IMG/VR virus record: IMGVR_UViG_3300044695_007705 | Location: 18,311-82,310 of that record | Direction: 5' to 3' (one strand) | DNA: 64,000 bases | Source of the DNA: a virus | Shown here: piece after piece, positions 1 to 8,389 of the stretch | How the letters are laid out: each line of letters opens with the position of its first letter | Numbering within the stretch: the stretch's first letter is position 1 | Position numbers and translations under genes: made by a program | Notes under the pieces: generated by a model | The model's database searches: none | What the model was told of the DNA's origin: nothing | The model's input: only the letters and a program-made list of their open reading frames with translations

Positions 1-76
1 GACCGATAGGCGTCCCAGAGACCCAACTCTCCTTCGGCGCCTCGCTCCAGCCCTTAGGCTTCTCGTAATAAGTCAT
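1..76 (-). CDS. Hypothetical protein, 5' part only (MTYYEKPKGWSEAPKESWVSGTPIG..., runs off window)
   Basis: ATG at 76, open to window edge, 18 nt downstream of a GTTGAAAGC box (95-103). Confidence 0.6.
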   Translation of the reverse strand, partial: MTYYEKPKGWSEAPKESWVSGTPIG

Positions 77-94
77 TTGAAATACGCTTTCAAA

Positions 95-103
95 GCTTTC
101 AAC
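95..103 (-). promoter_or_regulatory. GTTGAAAGC box (putative late promoter)
   Basis: 18 nt upstream of ATG 76. Confidence 0.7.
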
Positions 104-596
104 GAAATATTCTGGTCAATGATTCGATAATTCCGTCGTCAGACGCCTTAGCTTTAGACACTTTGGCCGCTTCGGCAACAAGCTTGCTCGGCTTAACCTT
201 TTTACCGAGTTTACGATACGCTTTGACCGTGGTTTCCGCGTTCTTTTCCACCTTGCTAAGCAGCTCTTGCGATTGTTGTTTCTGCTCCGCCACTCTCGGA
301 TCCCATTTCGACAGGATATAGCGTGTAAGCTTTTCCACCTCCTTCTCATCAAGATTGTTATCAGAAATAGACTCTAAGATCGAGCCGGTAATCACCCTAA
401 GCTCGGACTTAGAATACCAATCAGTAGACCTGTGCTTCAGCCAGAAAGAATCTACCGCATTAAAAGCATCTGCAAGGAAGGCGGGATCGAAGAGTTTTCT
501 GTCAAGCAGATTTTTATTCACGAAATTCGCCACACTTCCATAAGCTTTACTGGCGAAGGGAAGCTTATTGAAAAGATTGAAAGTAAAGTTTACCAT
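99..596 (-). CDS. Hypothetical protein (165 aa), probably late/virion
   Basis: Long ORF preceded by GTTGAAAGC box (617-625); its TGA stop lies inside the next box. Confidence 0.75.
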   Translation of the reverse strand: MVNFTFNLFNKLPFASKAYGSVANFVNKNLLDRKLFDPAFLADAFNAVDSFWLKHRSTDWYSKSELRVITGSILESISDNNLDEKEVEKLTRYILSKWDPRVAEQKQQSQELLSKVEKNAETTVKAYRKLGKKVKPSKLVAEAAKVSKAKASDDGIIESLTRIFR

Positions 597-616
597 TTTA
601 CAAACGGGTACGCAAA

Positions 617-625
617 GCTTTCAAC
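617..625 (-). promoter_or_regulatory. GTTGAAAGC box (putative late promoter)
   Basis: 20 nt upstream of ATG 596. Confidence 0.75.
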
Positions 626-1094
626 CGAAAAATCCGTAAGCCGACCATTCCGGGTCTTTAGTTTGTTGTACGGTTTCAACCACTTTCGGAAGAGGCGGTC
701 TAGGCTTCCTCTTTAATACCATTCCCGTTTGTTGCAGGGGCCTATCCGCCTTCTTAACATTGCACTTGGAGCATGCCAGCACAAGGTTTTCCCAAGTATC
801 CTGACCACCCCTGCTTCTGGCAATAACATGGTCGATTGTTAGACTCCTGGTGCTGCCACAATACTGGCAACTGTAGCCATCTCGCCTGTAGATTCCCGTC
901 TTTGTAGGTTTTTCTCTGGCCGCCCGACTAAGCGGCATTTTAATATACTTGAGAAGGCGGATTACTTTCTCTGATACCCGCTGCGCTCTGTTTTTTAGCA
1001 AAAGAACAATAGCCCTTCTTCCACGGACAATGTTCAAAGGCGTGTAGTCGAAGTTTAAAACTAAAACCTCAATCTCTGGACTTAAACTCGTCAC
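621..1094 (-). CDS. HNH endonuclease (McrA/HNH_5-like, cyanobacterial type)
   Basis: VLVLNFDYTPLN N-terminus; RDGYSCQYCG...LTIDHVIARSRGGQDTWENLVLACSKCNVKK. Confidence 0.9.
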   Translation of the reverse strand: MTSLSPEIEVLVLNFDYTPLNIVRGRRAIVLLLKNRAQRVSEKVIRLLKYIKMPLSRAAREKPTKTGIYRRDGYSCQYCGSTRSLTIDHVIARSRGGQDTWENLVLACSKCNVKKADRPLQQTGMVLKRKPRPPLPKVVETVQQTKDPEWSAYGFFG

Positions 1095-1245
1095 CCGTAC
1101 CTCCGCAATCAGGGCATTCTACTGCTTCGGACCTCGGGCATTCTTTACCCGGGTCGTATATTTCAAGTACGTTGAATCCCCGCCCCTGGCAATTTTTACA
1201 CCAAGGGCGTTTGAAGTCGGGTATCAATACTTGCGGATTGCTCAT
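1069..1245 (-). CDS. Small DnaJ-type zinc-finger protein (58 aa)
   Basis: CKNCQGRG and CPDCGGTG motifs; ATG at 1245 overlaps the dut TGA (ATGA), preferred over the longer track start at 1347. Confidence 0.7.
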   Translation of the reverse strand: MSNPQVLIPDFKRPWCKNCQGRGFNVLEIYDPGKECPRSEAVECPDCGGTGDEFKSRD

Positions 1246-1892
1246 ACCCCTGTCGAGCCGAACCCGCCCAATGACCTTTCCGTCTTGGTAAATACGCTTT
1301 TGTCCCTGGTTACGACGGAGTCGGATTGGTCGATGGCAAGTTCGCACACCCCTTGGGCAATTCGTGCGCCATGAGTAAACACATGGTAATTGTCCCCCAA
1401 CGAGCCTTTGCCTATCTCGTTCGTCAAAGATACCTTGACCCAGTCCCTGTATCCCGAGTCGATAACTCCTGGCGAGTTCGTGACAACCACGCCGTGATTA
1501 TGACACAAGCCGCTTCTCCCTACAATTTTATATTGGAGAACGAATTGATTCCAAGGAGGGCCTGGATACACTTTTTGTATCTCTGGCAAGACGATTTTGA
1601 AACCAGAATTCACAAGGACTGTCTCTCCAGGCGGGAGAAAAACCGCCCCCCTTTCGTTCTCGATTTTTTCAAGAAAGAAGGGAAGCAATTCCGATTCAAA
1701 ATGCTCGCCATTGATATACAGCTTATAGCCGTATTTCAAAGCGTCGGACTCGAACTCTCGGAAAAAGCGGATCGCGTCAGCCCGATTAAATCCGCCCTCT
1801 ACGAACGCTTTGATGTCCGCTCCGGCATCACCTGGGTGCGCCACTTGGGGGGCAAAGTTCTCGTCTTCAACGTAAAAAGTAGGCTTGAGCAT
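1242..1892 (-). CDS. dut: Trimeric dUTPase with a ~50-aa insertion after motif I
   Basis: Motifs GDAGAD, GRSG, GVIDSGYR, RIAQ, RSLGGFGSTG. Confidence 0.92.
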   Translation of the reverse strand: MLKPTFYVEDENFAPQVAHPGDAGADIKAFVEGGFNRADAIRFFREFESDALKYGYKLYINGEHFESELLPFFLEKIENERGAVFLPPGETVLVNSGFKIVLPEIQKVYPGPPWNQFVLQYKIVGRSGLCHNHGVVVTNSPGVIDSGYRDWVKVSLTNEIGKGSLGDNYHVFTHGARIAQGVCELAIDQSDSVVTRDKSVFTKTERSLGGFGSTGV

Positions 1893-1930
1893 TTGATTTT
1901 AGATAGCGGTTAAATTTTAACACAGGAGGT

Positions 1931-3871
1931 TCAACCCTGGCAAGCCAGGCATTCCCTGTATTCCGGCTCGGCCTCGGGGGAAAGCATCGCTTCCAAGCCT
2001 TCGTACCCACCTTCGACATGGCTGCCGTTAATCCATATTTGCGGTACGGTTTGATACGGCCAGTCCACGTCGCTGATTTCCGACCTGTCCTTTTCTTGAA
2101 TAACAAATCCGGCCTTGGTAAGGAGTTCTTTGGCTTTTACGCACCACGGACAACCATCTTTCGTCACAATTAAGGCGACGGGCGATGAAACGGTTACTTG
2201 TTTAGCTGCTTTCTTAACTTGTAAAGAAGTTGACTTCAAATAATACAAAGACTTAAGGCCGACTTTCCAAGCCAACAAATGCAGCTTGTACAGGTATTCT
2301 GCCGTTGACTCAGGATCGACAAACAGGTTAAGGGACTGGCCCTGGCACACGTACCTCTGCCGGTCAGAAGCCTGTTTTACCAGCTCAAACTGGTCGATTT
2401 CCCGGGCCGTTTTGAACACGTTTTTTACATTCTCGCTTAAAAAGTCGAGATGCTGTACGCTTCCACGCTCATCAAGAATACTATCCCATACGTCTTGAGT
2501 ATTTTTACCTATTGAGGTGAGGTGTGCTTCGAGGTACGGGTTTCGACGCACAAAGGTTCCCTTGTCATTAGTCGCGACGAACAAGTTCGCGATGATGGGC
2601 TCGATGCCTTCGCTTACTGCACCGCATATGACAGAGTTTGTTTTAGTAGGAGCAATTGCAGTTCGAGTAGCGTGGCGGATTCCATGCCCCTCGCACCATT
2701 CCGGTTCGCCGTACTCCCTCGCCATGTCCTGAGACGCTTTTAGGGTCATTTCGTCTATATATCTGTGGGTTTCAATGTTTAACTCGCGTGCTTTTTGGCT
2801 TGCGAAAGGCAGTCCGCGAGACTGGTAAAGGGCATGCAGACCCATTGTCCCCAGCCCGAGTGAACGGGACTTGGACGTGAATCTTACCGCACGCCCCATG
2901 GACGGGATTCTCTTCGCCTTGTGGATAAATTCTTCGACAATCGCGTCCAGAAAATAGATTCCTAGTTCTGGAACGGTTTTACCGGTGTTTCTCCCCTTCC
3001 AATCTTTCCACTCGTCGAACTTAGCCAGGTTAAGAGATGATAGTACACATGTAAACGAATGATTTTCATCCATAGGCAACATGATCTCTGAACATAAGTT
3101 CGAGGATATAATATTCAAATTGCGTTTCTTGAAGCATTCTGGCGCCTGGTTATTAGCATTGTCTACAAACATTAAGTAAGGCGAGCCGGATACCAAACGA
3201 CTTCTCAACACCTCTCCAAATATTCTCTGCTTGTCTTTATCGCCCTCTAACATCTCCTCAATCCACTTGTTCTTTACAACTACAGCAAGGTTCGAGTCGA
3301 TGAAATTGCGCGGATCGCCCTGGCTATGGTCTTTGCTGCGCAAAGCGTCCATGAGGTCAGGGTGCTCAATAGGGATGTAAAGAGCGAATGAGCCGCGCCT
3401 TGTGTTCCCCTGGCTAACAATGGCTGCAGTACGGTCATAAAGGCGCATCCATTCCACAATCGAGCCGGACTTGCCACCACCGCTGATCGGAGAGCCGCTG
3501 GGGCGAAGTTCACCAAAATAACTCCCCACACCCCCGCCATGCTTACTCAATGCAGCAACTTCTTTCAAATGGCTAAAGATGTTATTTGTATCATCTTTGA
3601 TGGTATGAGAATAGCAGGAAGCCGGAAGTCCTCTATTCGTACCGAAATTACTTAACACAGGAGACGCACCTCCCATGTAACCTTTCCAAAACATCTCCAT
3701 AATATCTTCGCCGATTCCCGGTCTTTTAAGATATTTTTCGGCCGTTAACGAGCACCGCTTCCACATCTCGCGTGGAGTCTCGCCAGGCAATAAATAGCCA
3801 TTCGCAAGTACTTGTTGCGCTTCTTCGTTGAGCCAGTCGGGGTGTGTAGCTAGGGTGTCAATGTCAAACAT
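1931..3871 (-). CDS. nrdA: Class Ia ribonucleotide reductase alpha subunit with an internal C-terminal glutaredoxin domain
   Basis: ASPVLSNFG, SC, SNLCSEI, TAIAPTKTNS, QGQSLN, KSLYY; CPWC...TVPQIWING Grx; terminal CLACQG; no ATP cone. Confidence 0.95.
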   Translation of the reverse strand: MFDIDTLATHPDWLNEEAQQVLANGYLLPGETPREMWKRCSLTAEKYLKRPGIGEDIMEMFWKGYMGGASPVLSNFGTNRGLPASCYSHTIKDDTNNIFSHLKEVAALSKHGGGVGSYFGELRPSGSPISGGGKSGSIVEWMRLYDRTAAIVSQGNTRRGSFALYIPIEHPDLMDALRSKDHSQGDPRNFIDSNLAVVVKNKWIEEMLEGDKDKQRIFGEVLRSRLVSGSPYLMFVDNANNQAPECFKKRNLNIISSNLCSEIMLPMDENHSFTCVLSSLNLAKFDEWKDWKGRNTGKTVPELGIYFLDAIVEEFIHKAKRIPSMGRAVRFTSKSRSLGLGTMGLHALYQSRGLPFASQKARELNIETHRYIDEMTLKASQDMAREYGEPEWCEGHGIRHATRTAIAPTKTNSVICGAVSEGIEPIIANLFVATNDKGTFVRRNPYLEAHLTSIGKNTQDVWDSILDERGSVQHLDFLSENVKNVFKTAREIDQFELVKQASDRQRYVCQGQSLNLFVDPESTAEYLYKLHLLAWKVGLKSLYYLKSTSLQVKKAAKQVTVSSPVALIVTKDGCPWCVKAKELLTKAGFVIQEKDRSEISDVDWPYQTVPQIWINGSHVEGGYEGLEAMLSPEAEPEYRECLACQG

Positions 3872-3975
3872 GATAAAAAAAAGACGAAAAATTCCTTCAC
3901 AAAAGATTTACATCTTTTGCGTTAGTTAGCAATTAAGGGGTTGGTTATCTCTTAGGGGTTAGGGAGGCCGAGGGC

Positions 3976-4467
3976 TCAGTCTTTCCATTTCGCACCTTCC
4001 TCCATAAGGCCGTCATCCCAACTATCTTTAACATTTTTACTCCTATTGCACCAGTAGAGATTAGTTAGCCTATTATCCGGTTTGCCATCTTCGCCAGTAG
4101 GATGCCTATGGCAGATGACTATGTTCTCTCCACTGGGTTTTTCAGGTCCAAATAACTCCATCACGGCTTGGTGGATGAAGAATTCCTCGCGATGTGGAAC
4201 TCCATCTCTGACCCAAGTGGCATTTAACCTAAACTTCCCCCTGTCGTCAGACCGGGGTTTTCTCATTTTTATCGAACCATCTTCTCTTACTCGGCGCACT
4301 CTCCCCATATCACTCACCTGGTAAGGGGAGTCTTTCCACCTAAGCCATTTTTCCTTCTTCTCATCTTCCGGACTCAATTCAGGCACTTCTTCAAAAGATT
4401 CCGAACCTTCGGTCTGATCTTTATCGGGAAGATGCCACCCAGTAGGGATATTAACATTAATCTCCAT
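3976..4467 (-). CDS. NUMOD4-HNH homing endonuclease-like protein
   Basis: YQVSDMGRVRR (NUMOD4), IHQAVMELF, ICH...DNRLTNLYWCNRSKN; start moved to ATG 4467, just after the stop of the small upstream ORF. Confidence 0.8.
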   Translation of the reverse strand: MEINVNIPTGWHLPDKDQTEGSESFEEVPELSPEDEKKEKWLRWKDSPYQVSDMGRVRRVREDGSIKMRKPRSDDRGKFRLNATWVRDGVPHREEFFIHQAVMELFGPEKPSGENIVICHRHPTGEDGKPDNRLTNLYWCNRSKNVKDSWDDGLMEEGAKWKD

Positions 4468-4471
4468 GACA

Positions 4472-4642
4472 TTAAATATCCCAAGAGTCGACAGGCTGTT
4501 TGGAGTATGTCTTCTTGCCATTCTCATTCTTTCGGTGAATCTCTAGTAAACTATCAGAAACTCCAGCTTGAGTAATCAAGCAAATAGTCCCGTAGTTATA
4601 TTTCATGATGTCCTTGTTTTTGTCGGTTTTAGAGAGTGCCAT
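4472..4642 (-). CDS. Small hypothetical protein, 56 aa (MALSKTDKNKDIMKYNYGTICLITQAG...), not in ORF track
   Basis: Translated by hand; fills the gap between the two HNH genes, stop 4 nt before next ATG. Confidence 0.55.
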   Translation of the reverse strand: MALSKTDKNKDIMKYNYGTICLITQAGVSDSLLEIHRKNENGKKTYSKQPVDSWDI

Positions 4643-4715
4643 GGGGGGGGTTAGTAATTGGTAATGGGATGGGGTTTAAAAATGAAGGACAGGGGGGAGT
4701 GATAATTCCCTAATT

Positions 4716-5570
4716 TTAGCAGGCAGTGAGGCCGAGTTCGGGGCAAAATTTATTATTTTTAGCCATATTTTCCCCCTCCGTTATCACTCTCAGATTCCAA
4801 GGTACATGTAAGCCGCACATTTTGTTGTGCTTTAAAGGTATTATGTGGTCTACGTGGAAAACTTTACCTGTTTCTCTTTCCAGGGCTTTAGCAAGCAAGT
4901 GCATATTACTGATTTCTTTTTTATGGCTCTCGTTTAGCCAAGGTGGCATTGAATTCCTCTTTCTCGCTCTCTTTTCTGAACTCTGTCTTCTAACCATAGG
5001 GGTATTTTTAGAAGCCCAATCTCTCTGTTTTTTAATAATTTTTTCCCTATTTTCAATGTAGTATTCTTTAGACTTTTTTCGTATCTCTTCCCTCTTCTCT
5101 AAATATCTGCTCTTGTCATAGTCTTTTTTCCTGCCTTTGTTATTCTTGTTGTACTCACAAAAATACACTTTTTGGCAGTCTTTGCAATTGCTACTGTAAC
5201 CGTCTTTGGTGGATCGGGACTTGGTAAAAGATGATACTTCTTTAACTTTGCCGCAGCACGAGCAAGCTTTTTCATTTATAGACCTACTACTATTTCTACA
5301 TGCACTGCATACTTTGTATAATCCCGTCTTAGTAGGGCTACCAGTAAAGTTATCCTTGTGTTTTTTAGTCTTACATTTACTGCAAGAGATCATCTGGTTG
5401 GGGTCTAAAATTCTCTTGGCAGTTTTTTCTTTATTTAACGTGTTAACACATAATTTACAAATGTTGCATCTTTTATCTTTATTGGCACTATTCACATGGA
5501 ATTCATTGAGATTTTTCTCAACATTGCACCTTGTGCAACTCTTTTTATCCGTCAGACAGAAAGTTTCCAT
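4716..5570 (-). CDS. HNH homing endonuclease with three N-terminal CxxC...CxxC zinc-ribbon repeats
   Basis: FHVDHIIPLKHNKMCGLHVPWNLRVITEGENMAKNN; AT-rich relative to neighbours; ATG 5570 follows stop of upstream small ORF. Confidence 0.9.
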   Translation of the reverse strand: METFCLTDKKSCTRCNVEKNLNEFHVNSANKDKRCNICKLCVNTLNKEKTAKRILDPNQMISCSKCKTKKHKDNFTGSPTKTGLYKVCSACRNSSRSINEKACSCCGKVKEVSSFTKSRSTKDGYSSNCKDCQKVYFCEYNKNNKGRKKDYDKSRYLEKREEIRKKSKEYYIENREKIIKKQRDWASKNTPMVRRQSSEKRARKRNSMPPWLNESHKKEISNMHLLAKALERETGKVFHVDHIIPLKHNKMCGLHVPWNLRVITEGENMAKNNKFCPELGLTAC

Positions 5571-5571
5571 T

Positions 5572-5727
5572 CTAGTTAGTCTTTTTAAGGTAATTGAGTC
5601 GGGCGAAGTAGTAAGCGCTCCAGGCAAGTTCGGGATCGGTGAAAGTCTTAACCCCGGACAAAGTCTTTACTACCCATGTGTTTCCGGGCTGCTGGAGATA
5701 AGGCTTTGGAAACGGGTAGTCAGCCAT
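5572..5727 (-). CDS. Small hypothetical protein, 51 aa (MADYPFPKPYLQQPGNTWVVKTLSGVKTFTDPELAWSAYYFARLNYLKKTN), not in ORF track
   Basis: Translated by hand; fills the nrdB-HNH gap with 9-nt and 1-nt spacers. Confidence 0.7.
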   Translation of the reverse strand: MADYPFPKPYLQQPGNTWVVKTLSGVKTFTDPELAWSAYYFARLNYLKKTN

Positions 5728-5736
5728 TAGATCAGG

Positions 5737-6741
5737 TCATGTCAGAACCAGGTCCAAGGCCCTAAGATCGACGTTGTCAAAGTCTTGGCTGGGTTTCGCC
5801 ACATAACCACCGCCATCTTTGCTCATGGAGAAAAAGTCAGTATTGGTTTGGCCTTTGACCATAGGGTCGAACCAGGAAGCGATGTTCCGCGCCAGAGAAA
5901 CTTGCTCGTCACTCATTTCATACCTCATATCAAGGTCGAGGTTTTGGAAACGGTCGTTTGCCCGGTACAATATATACGCTTTTAGATCGTCTAAAGAGAT
6001 AGGGATAGCAGTGTTATCTACTTTGCTAAAGATGTTCTCCAGAAAGCTGTATTCATTAGAAATGATAGAGTCGAAACCTTGTTTGATTTGGCGCTCTTCT
6101 TCTTCCGTAATACCTGTTTCTTTTACGAGTTGTTTGAATAGTAAACTGCCTGCGTCACTGTGAGCCATTTCGTCCCTGACCGACCATGATATGATTTGCG
6201 CTAGTCCTTTGAGTTTACCGCCTCTGTTAAAAGCTAGTAAAATTGCAAAGGACGAGTATAGTGAAACTCCTTCACCACAACCAGAAAACACAGCTAATGA
6301 TACCTTTTCCGACTCGCACTCAGTAAAGAACCTTTCAACTTTTGTTTTAGCCGCCTCGTCCGCCATGAACTCTTCGAACTCATTAAGGCCGAGTGTATCT
6401 GAGAGATAGTTATAAGCCGCTGCGTGGATACGTTCAAACGCGCTGAACGTCCTTGCCATGTCTTGGATTTCCGGCTTAGGGAACGTTCTGCATACCGTGT
6501 CTCCCCAATAACACGAGATGCCTAGTTCGGCGGAGGTGAAACCGCGCAACACACCGGCCACCAAATCTTTCTCCGACTGCGATAAGTTATGCTCCCAGTC
6601 CAAACAATCACTTTTCAGGCTGACTTCCCACGGATTCCACACCGACAAGATCGCCTTTTTAAAATAATCGTTGAATTCAGGAAAGTCGTATCCATGGTCG
6701 AATTTGTAGACCATGGGGGGATGAGAAAGAATCGAGGCCAT
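5737..6741 (-). CDS. nrdB: Class Ia ribonucleotide reductase beta subunit
   Basis: W-x-P-x-E, FERIHAAAY (ExxH plus radical Tyr), EGVSLYSSF, RDEMAH, TDFF. Confidence 0.95.
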   Translation of the reverse strand: MASILSHPPMVYKFDHGYDFPEFNDYFKKAILSVWNPWEVSLKSDCLDWEHNLSQSEKDLVAGVLRGFTSAELGISCYWGDTVCRTFPKPEIQDMARTFSAFERIHAAAYNYLSDTLGLNEFEEFMADEAAKTKVERFFTECESEKVSLAVFSGCGEGVSLYSSFAILLAFNRGGKLKGLAQIISWSVRDEMAHSDAGSLLFKQLVKETGITEEEERQIKQGFDSIISNEYSFLENIFSKVDNTAIPISLDDLKAYILYRANDRFQNLDLDMRYEMSDEQVSLARNIASWFDPMVKGQTNTDFFSMSKDGGGYVAKPSQDFDNVDLRALDLVLT

Positions 6742-6761
6742 TTAGCGTGTGGGTTGGAATA

Positions 6762-6770
6762 ATTATATCA
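6762..6770 (-). promoter_or_regulatory. Host sigma70-type extended -10 promoter (TGATATAAT) for the nrdB operon
   Basis: Perfect TGnTATAAT 20 nt upstream of nrdB ATG. Confidence 0.7.
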
Positions 6771-7289
6771 CAAAGCGAGAGTTTCCGGGAATCTTTCTCG
6801 AAGTTGGGCCAGGGCAGAATCGGGCAAAGTAGCCGAAAGCGTCCTATAGGCGTCTTGCAAAGCAGAGGTCCGGTCACCACGCATAGGGGATTTATAAGTC
6901 TCACCACCTTTGAAATTGGGCACTACGGTGTACATTTTCTCCGATTTGATATCTTGCACAAGGTAGTAGTTACGGCCTTGGACAACACCATCCTCAAGGA
7001 CGATGTGCCCTATGGGGAGGTCGATGGTGCCGACATCGGCAGGGTCTTTGTCCCCAGCTTTAGGGCGATAGTCATCTTTACCGCCGTAACCGTCTCGGTT
7101 ATCTGACACTTTCGTAGCACCAAATTCCGAGTCAGGGGACACATACCTGCTATGATAGTCGTCTTCCCCCTCACCAATTTGGTTAGAAGGAATGTCGTTA
7201 GGGCCTGTGCCCATTCTCGCCTCACCAAACTCGTAAGACATTTCTTCTTTGTTCAGTGACGACCAGCCATAAGGCGCTTTCGTTTCCAT
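6768..7289 (-). CDS. Hypothetical acidic protein (173 aa), probably late/virion
   Basis: ORF preceded by GTTGAAAGC box (7314-7322). Confidence 0.75.
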   Translation of the reverse strand: METKAPYGWSSLNKEEMSYEFGEARMGTGPNDIPSNQIGEGEDDYHSRYVSPDSEFGATKVSDNRDGYGGKDDYRPKAGDKDPADVGTIDLPIGHIVLEDGVVQGRNYYLVQDIKSEKMYTVVPNFKGGETYKSPMRGDRTSALQDAYRTLSATLPDSALAQLRERFPETLAL

Positions 7290-7313
7290 TAGCTCGACTT
7301 GTTAAGATAACAA

Positions 7314-7322
7314 GCTTTCAAC
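7314..7322 (-). promoter_or_regulatory. GTTGAAAGC box (putative late promoter)
   Basis: Immediately after a terminator, 24 nt upstream of ATG 7289. Confidence 0.8.
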
Positions 7323-7323
7323 T

Positions 7324-7350
7324 AAGAAAACCCCGGGCGTAGGCCCGGGG
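7324..7350 (-). terminator. Intrinsic terminator
   Basis: CCCCGGGC-CTAC-GCCCGGGG stem-loop followed by TTTTCTT, 14 nt after stop of 7365..8327. Confidence 0.85.
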
Positions 7351-7364
7351 AGTGCTAAGGGCGA

Positions 7365-8327
7365 TCAGGCGAAGTTCAGATCCAGGGCGTCCGGATTGAC
7401 TTCTTCCTGCCTGCTCAGGATCAGCGTGCAACGGATCCGAGTCTTGCCATCGCTTGTGACTTCCTTGTCCTTGATATGGAGCAAGGCGGGCTTTTCCGCT
7501 GTGATCTCAGGCGAAGTTGCCAGCAGCGAGCGGAGACTGGTATGAGCCCAGGTCTCAGCAGTTTGACCGGTCCCCACCGGATAATCGCCGATCACGATCC
7601 GATACGAAGTACCGAATTTCGTGTTCGCGCTCCGATAGCCGATCACACTGTACTGCCCGATTTCGAGGTCGCGGAAGTCGATCTCGCTGTCGCAGTCGGA
7701 GCGCATGCCCCCAGACCCACGGGGAGTAACCTCCTGCACAAGGGGAAGAATGTCATCCACCGCCTTGTTCTTTTTGAGCAAGGAGTTGAGAGCTTTTGTC
7801 TCAGGCGGGTTCTGGTAGTCAATGAACCGAACTGCAATGGGCATGGCGGTTTGACCCGAGCCATCCTCTTCGTCAACAGACACCATCAGGCAAGCGTCGG
7901 GTCCACGGCCGGAGAAGTTGAATGCAGCGAATTCAGCCTCAAGCGTTACAGCTTGGCCGTTAATTTCTACGCCCAAGCCCTCCTTGCCCAGAGTGACAGG
8001 GATGTAGCGATTGCCCCATTGAATGGTGAACGAGCCGGTGGAAGTACCTTCGACCTCGTCATTCCCTGCCTTGAGAATGGGGCCGAAAAGGCGGTTGTAA
8101 ACACCGTCTTCCGCCTTGATAAGGAACGTGTTCTCTTCGAGAGGGAGTTCTTCGCCAGTCAAAGCGGTAAACACCTTGTCCAGGGCGAGACGCATCGCCT
8201 TGGGCAGATTCGCGTTAGGCAGAGCGGTGTACTGCTTAGAGTACTCACGTCCTGCGAGCGGGGCGAGATCGGGGCTTGTGGTCCCCACCTCGATCACGTT
8301 GACGGTAAAAGTTGTAGCCGTGGTCAT
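7365..8327 (-). CDS. Putative single-stranded DNA-binding protein (320 aa)
   Basis: Beta-rich sequence, acidic tail ending EEVNPDALDLNFA, GC3-biased codons, monocistronic; function is inference. Confidence 0.45.
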   Translation of the reverse strand: MTTATTFTVNVIEVGTTSPDLAPLAGREYSKQYTALPNANLPKAMRLALDKVFTALTGEELPLEENTFLIKAEDGVYNRLFGPILKAGNDEVEGTSTGSFTIQWGNRYIPVTLGKEGLGVEINGQAVTLEAEFAAFNFSGRGPDACLMVSVDEEDGSGQTAMPIAVRFIDYQNPPETKALNSLLKKNKAVDDILPLVQEVTPRGSGGMRSDCDSEIDFRDLEIGQYSVIGYRSANTKFGTSYRIVIGDYPVGTGQTAETWAHTSLRSLLATSPEITAEKPALLHIKDKEVTSDGKTRIRCTLILSRQEEVNPDALDLNFA

Positions 8328-8383
8328 ACGATTTGGTCCTTTGGATTTGGACGATAGGGAGAAATTCCCCTCGTCATGTTTTT

Positions 8384-8389
8384 ACTATA
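8384..8389 (-). promoter_or_regulatory. Possible host-type -10 box (TATAGT) for 7365..8327
   Basis: TATAGT in the intergenic region, followed by a leader hairpin (8350-8375). Confidence 0.4.

Noticed and set aside
1326-1913. 195-aa + strand ORF
   Set aside because: Antisense to the motif-complete dUTPase
5638-5646. GGTGAAAGT on + strand as another late box
   Set aside because: It lies antisense within the 51-aa ORF and is followed only by a 29-codon frame; probably chance
1931-6741. Group I intron or intein in nrdA/nrdB
   Set aside because: Both reading frames are continuous and of normal length with all motifs; the HNH genes are free-standing
7476-8357. 293-aa + strand ORF
   Set aside because: Antisense shadow of the codon-biased gene 7365..8327, with no recognisable motifs
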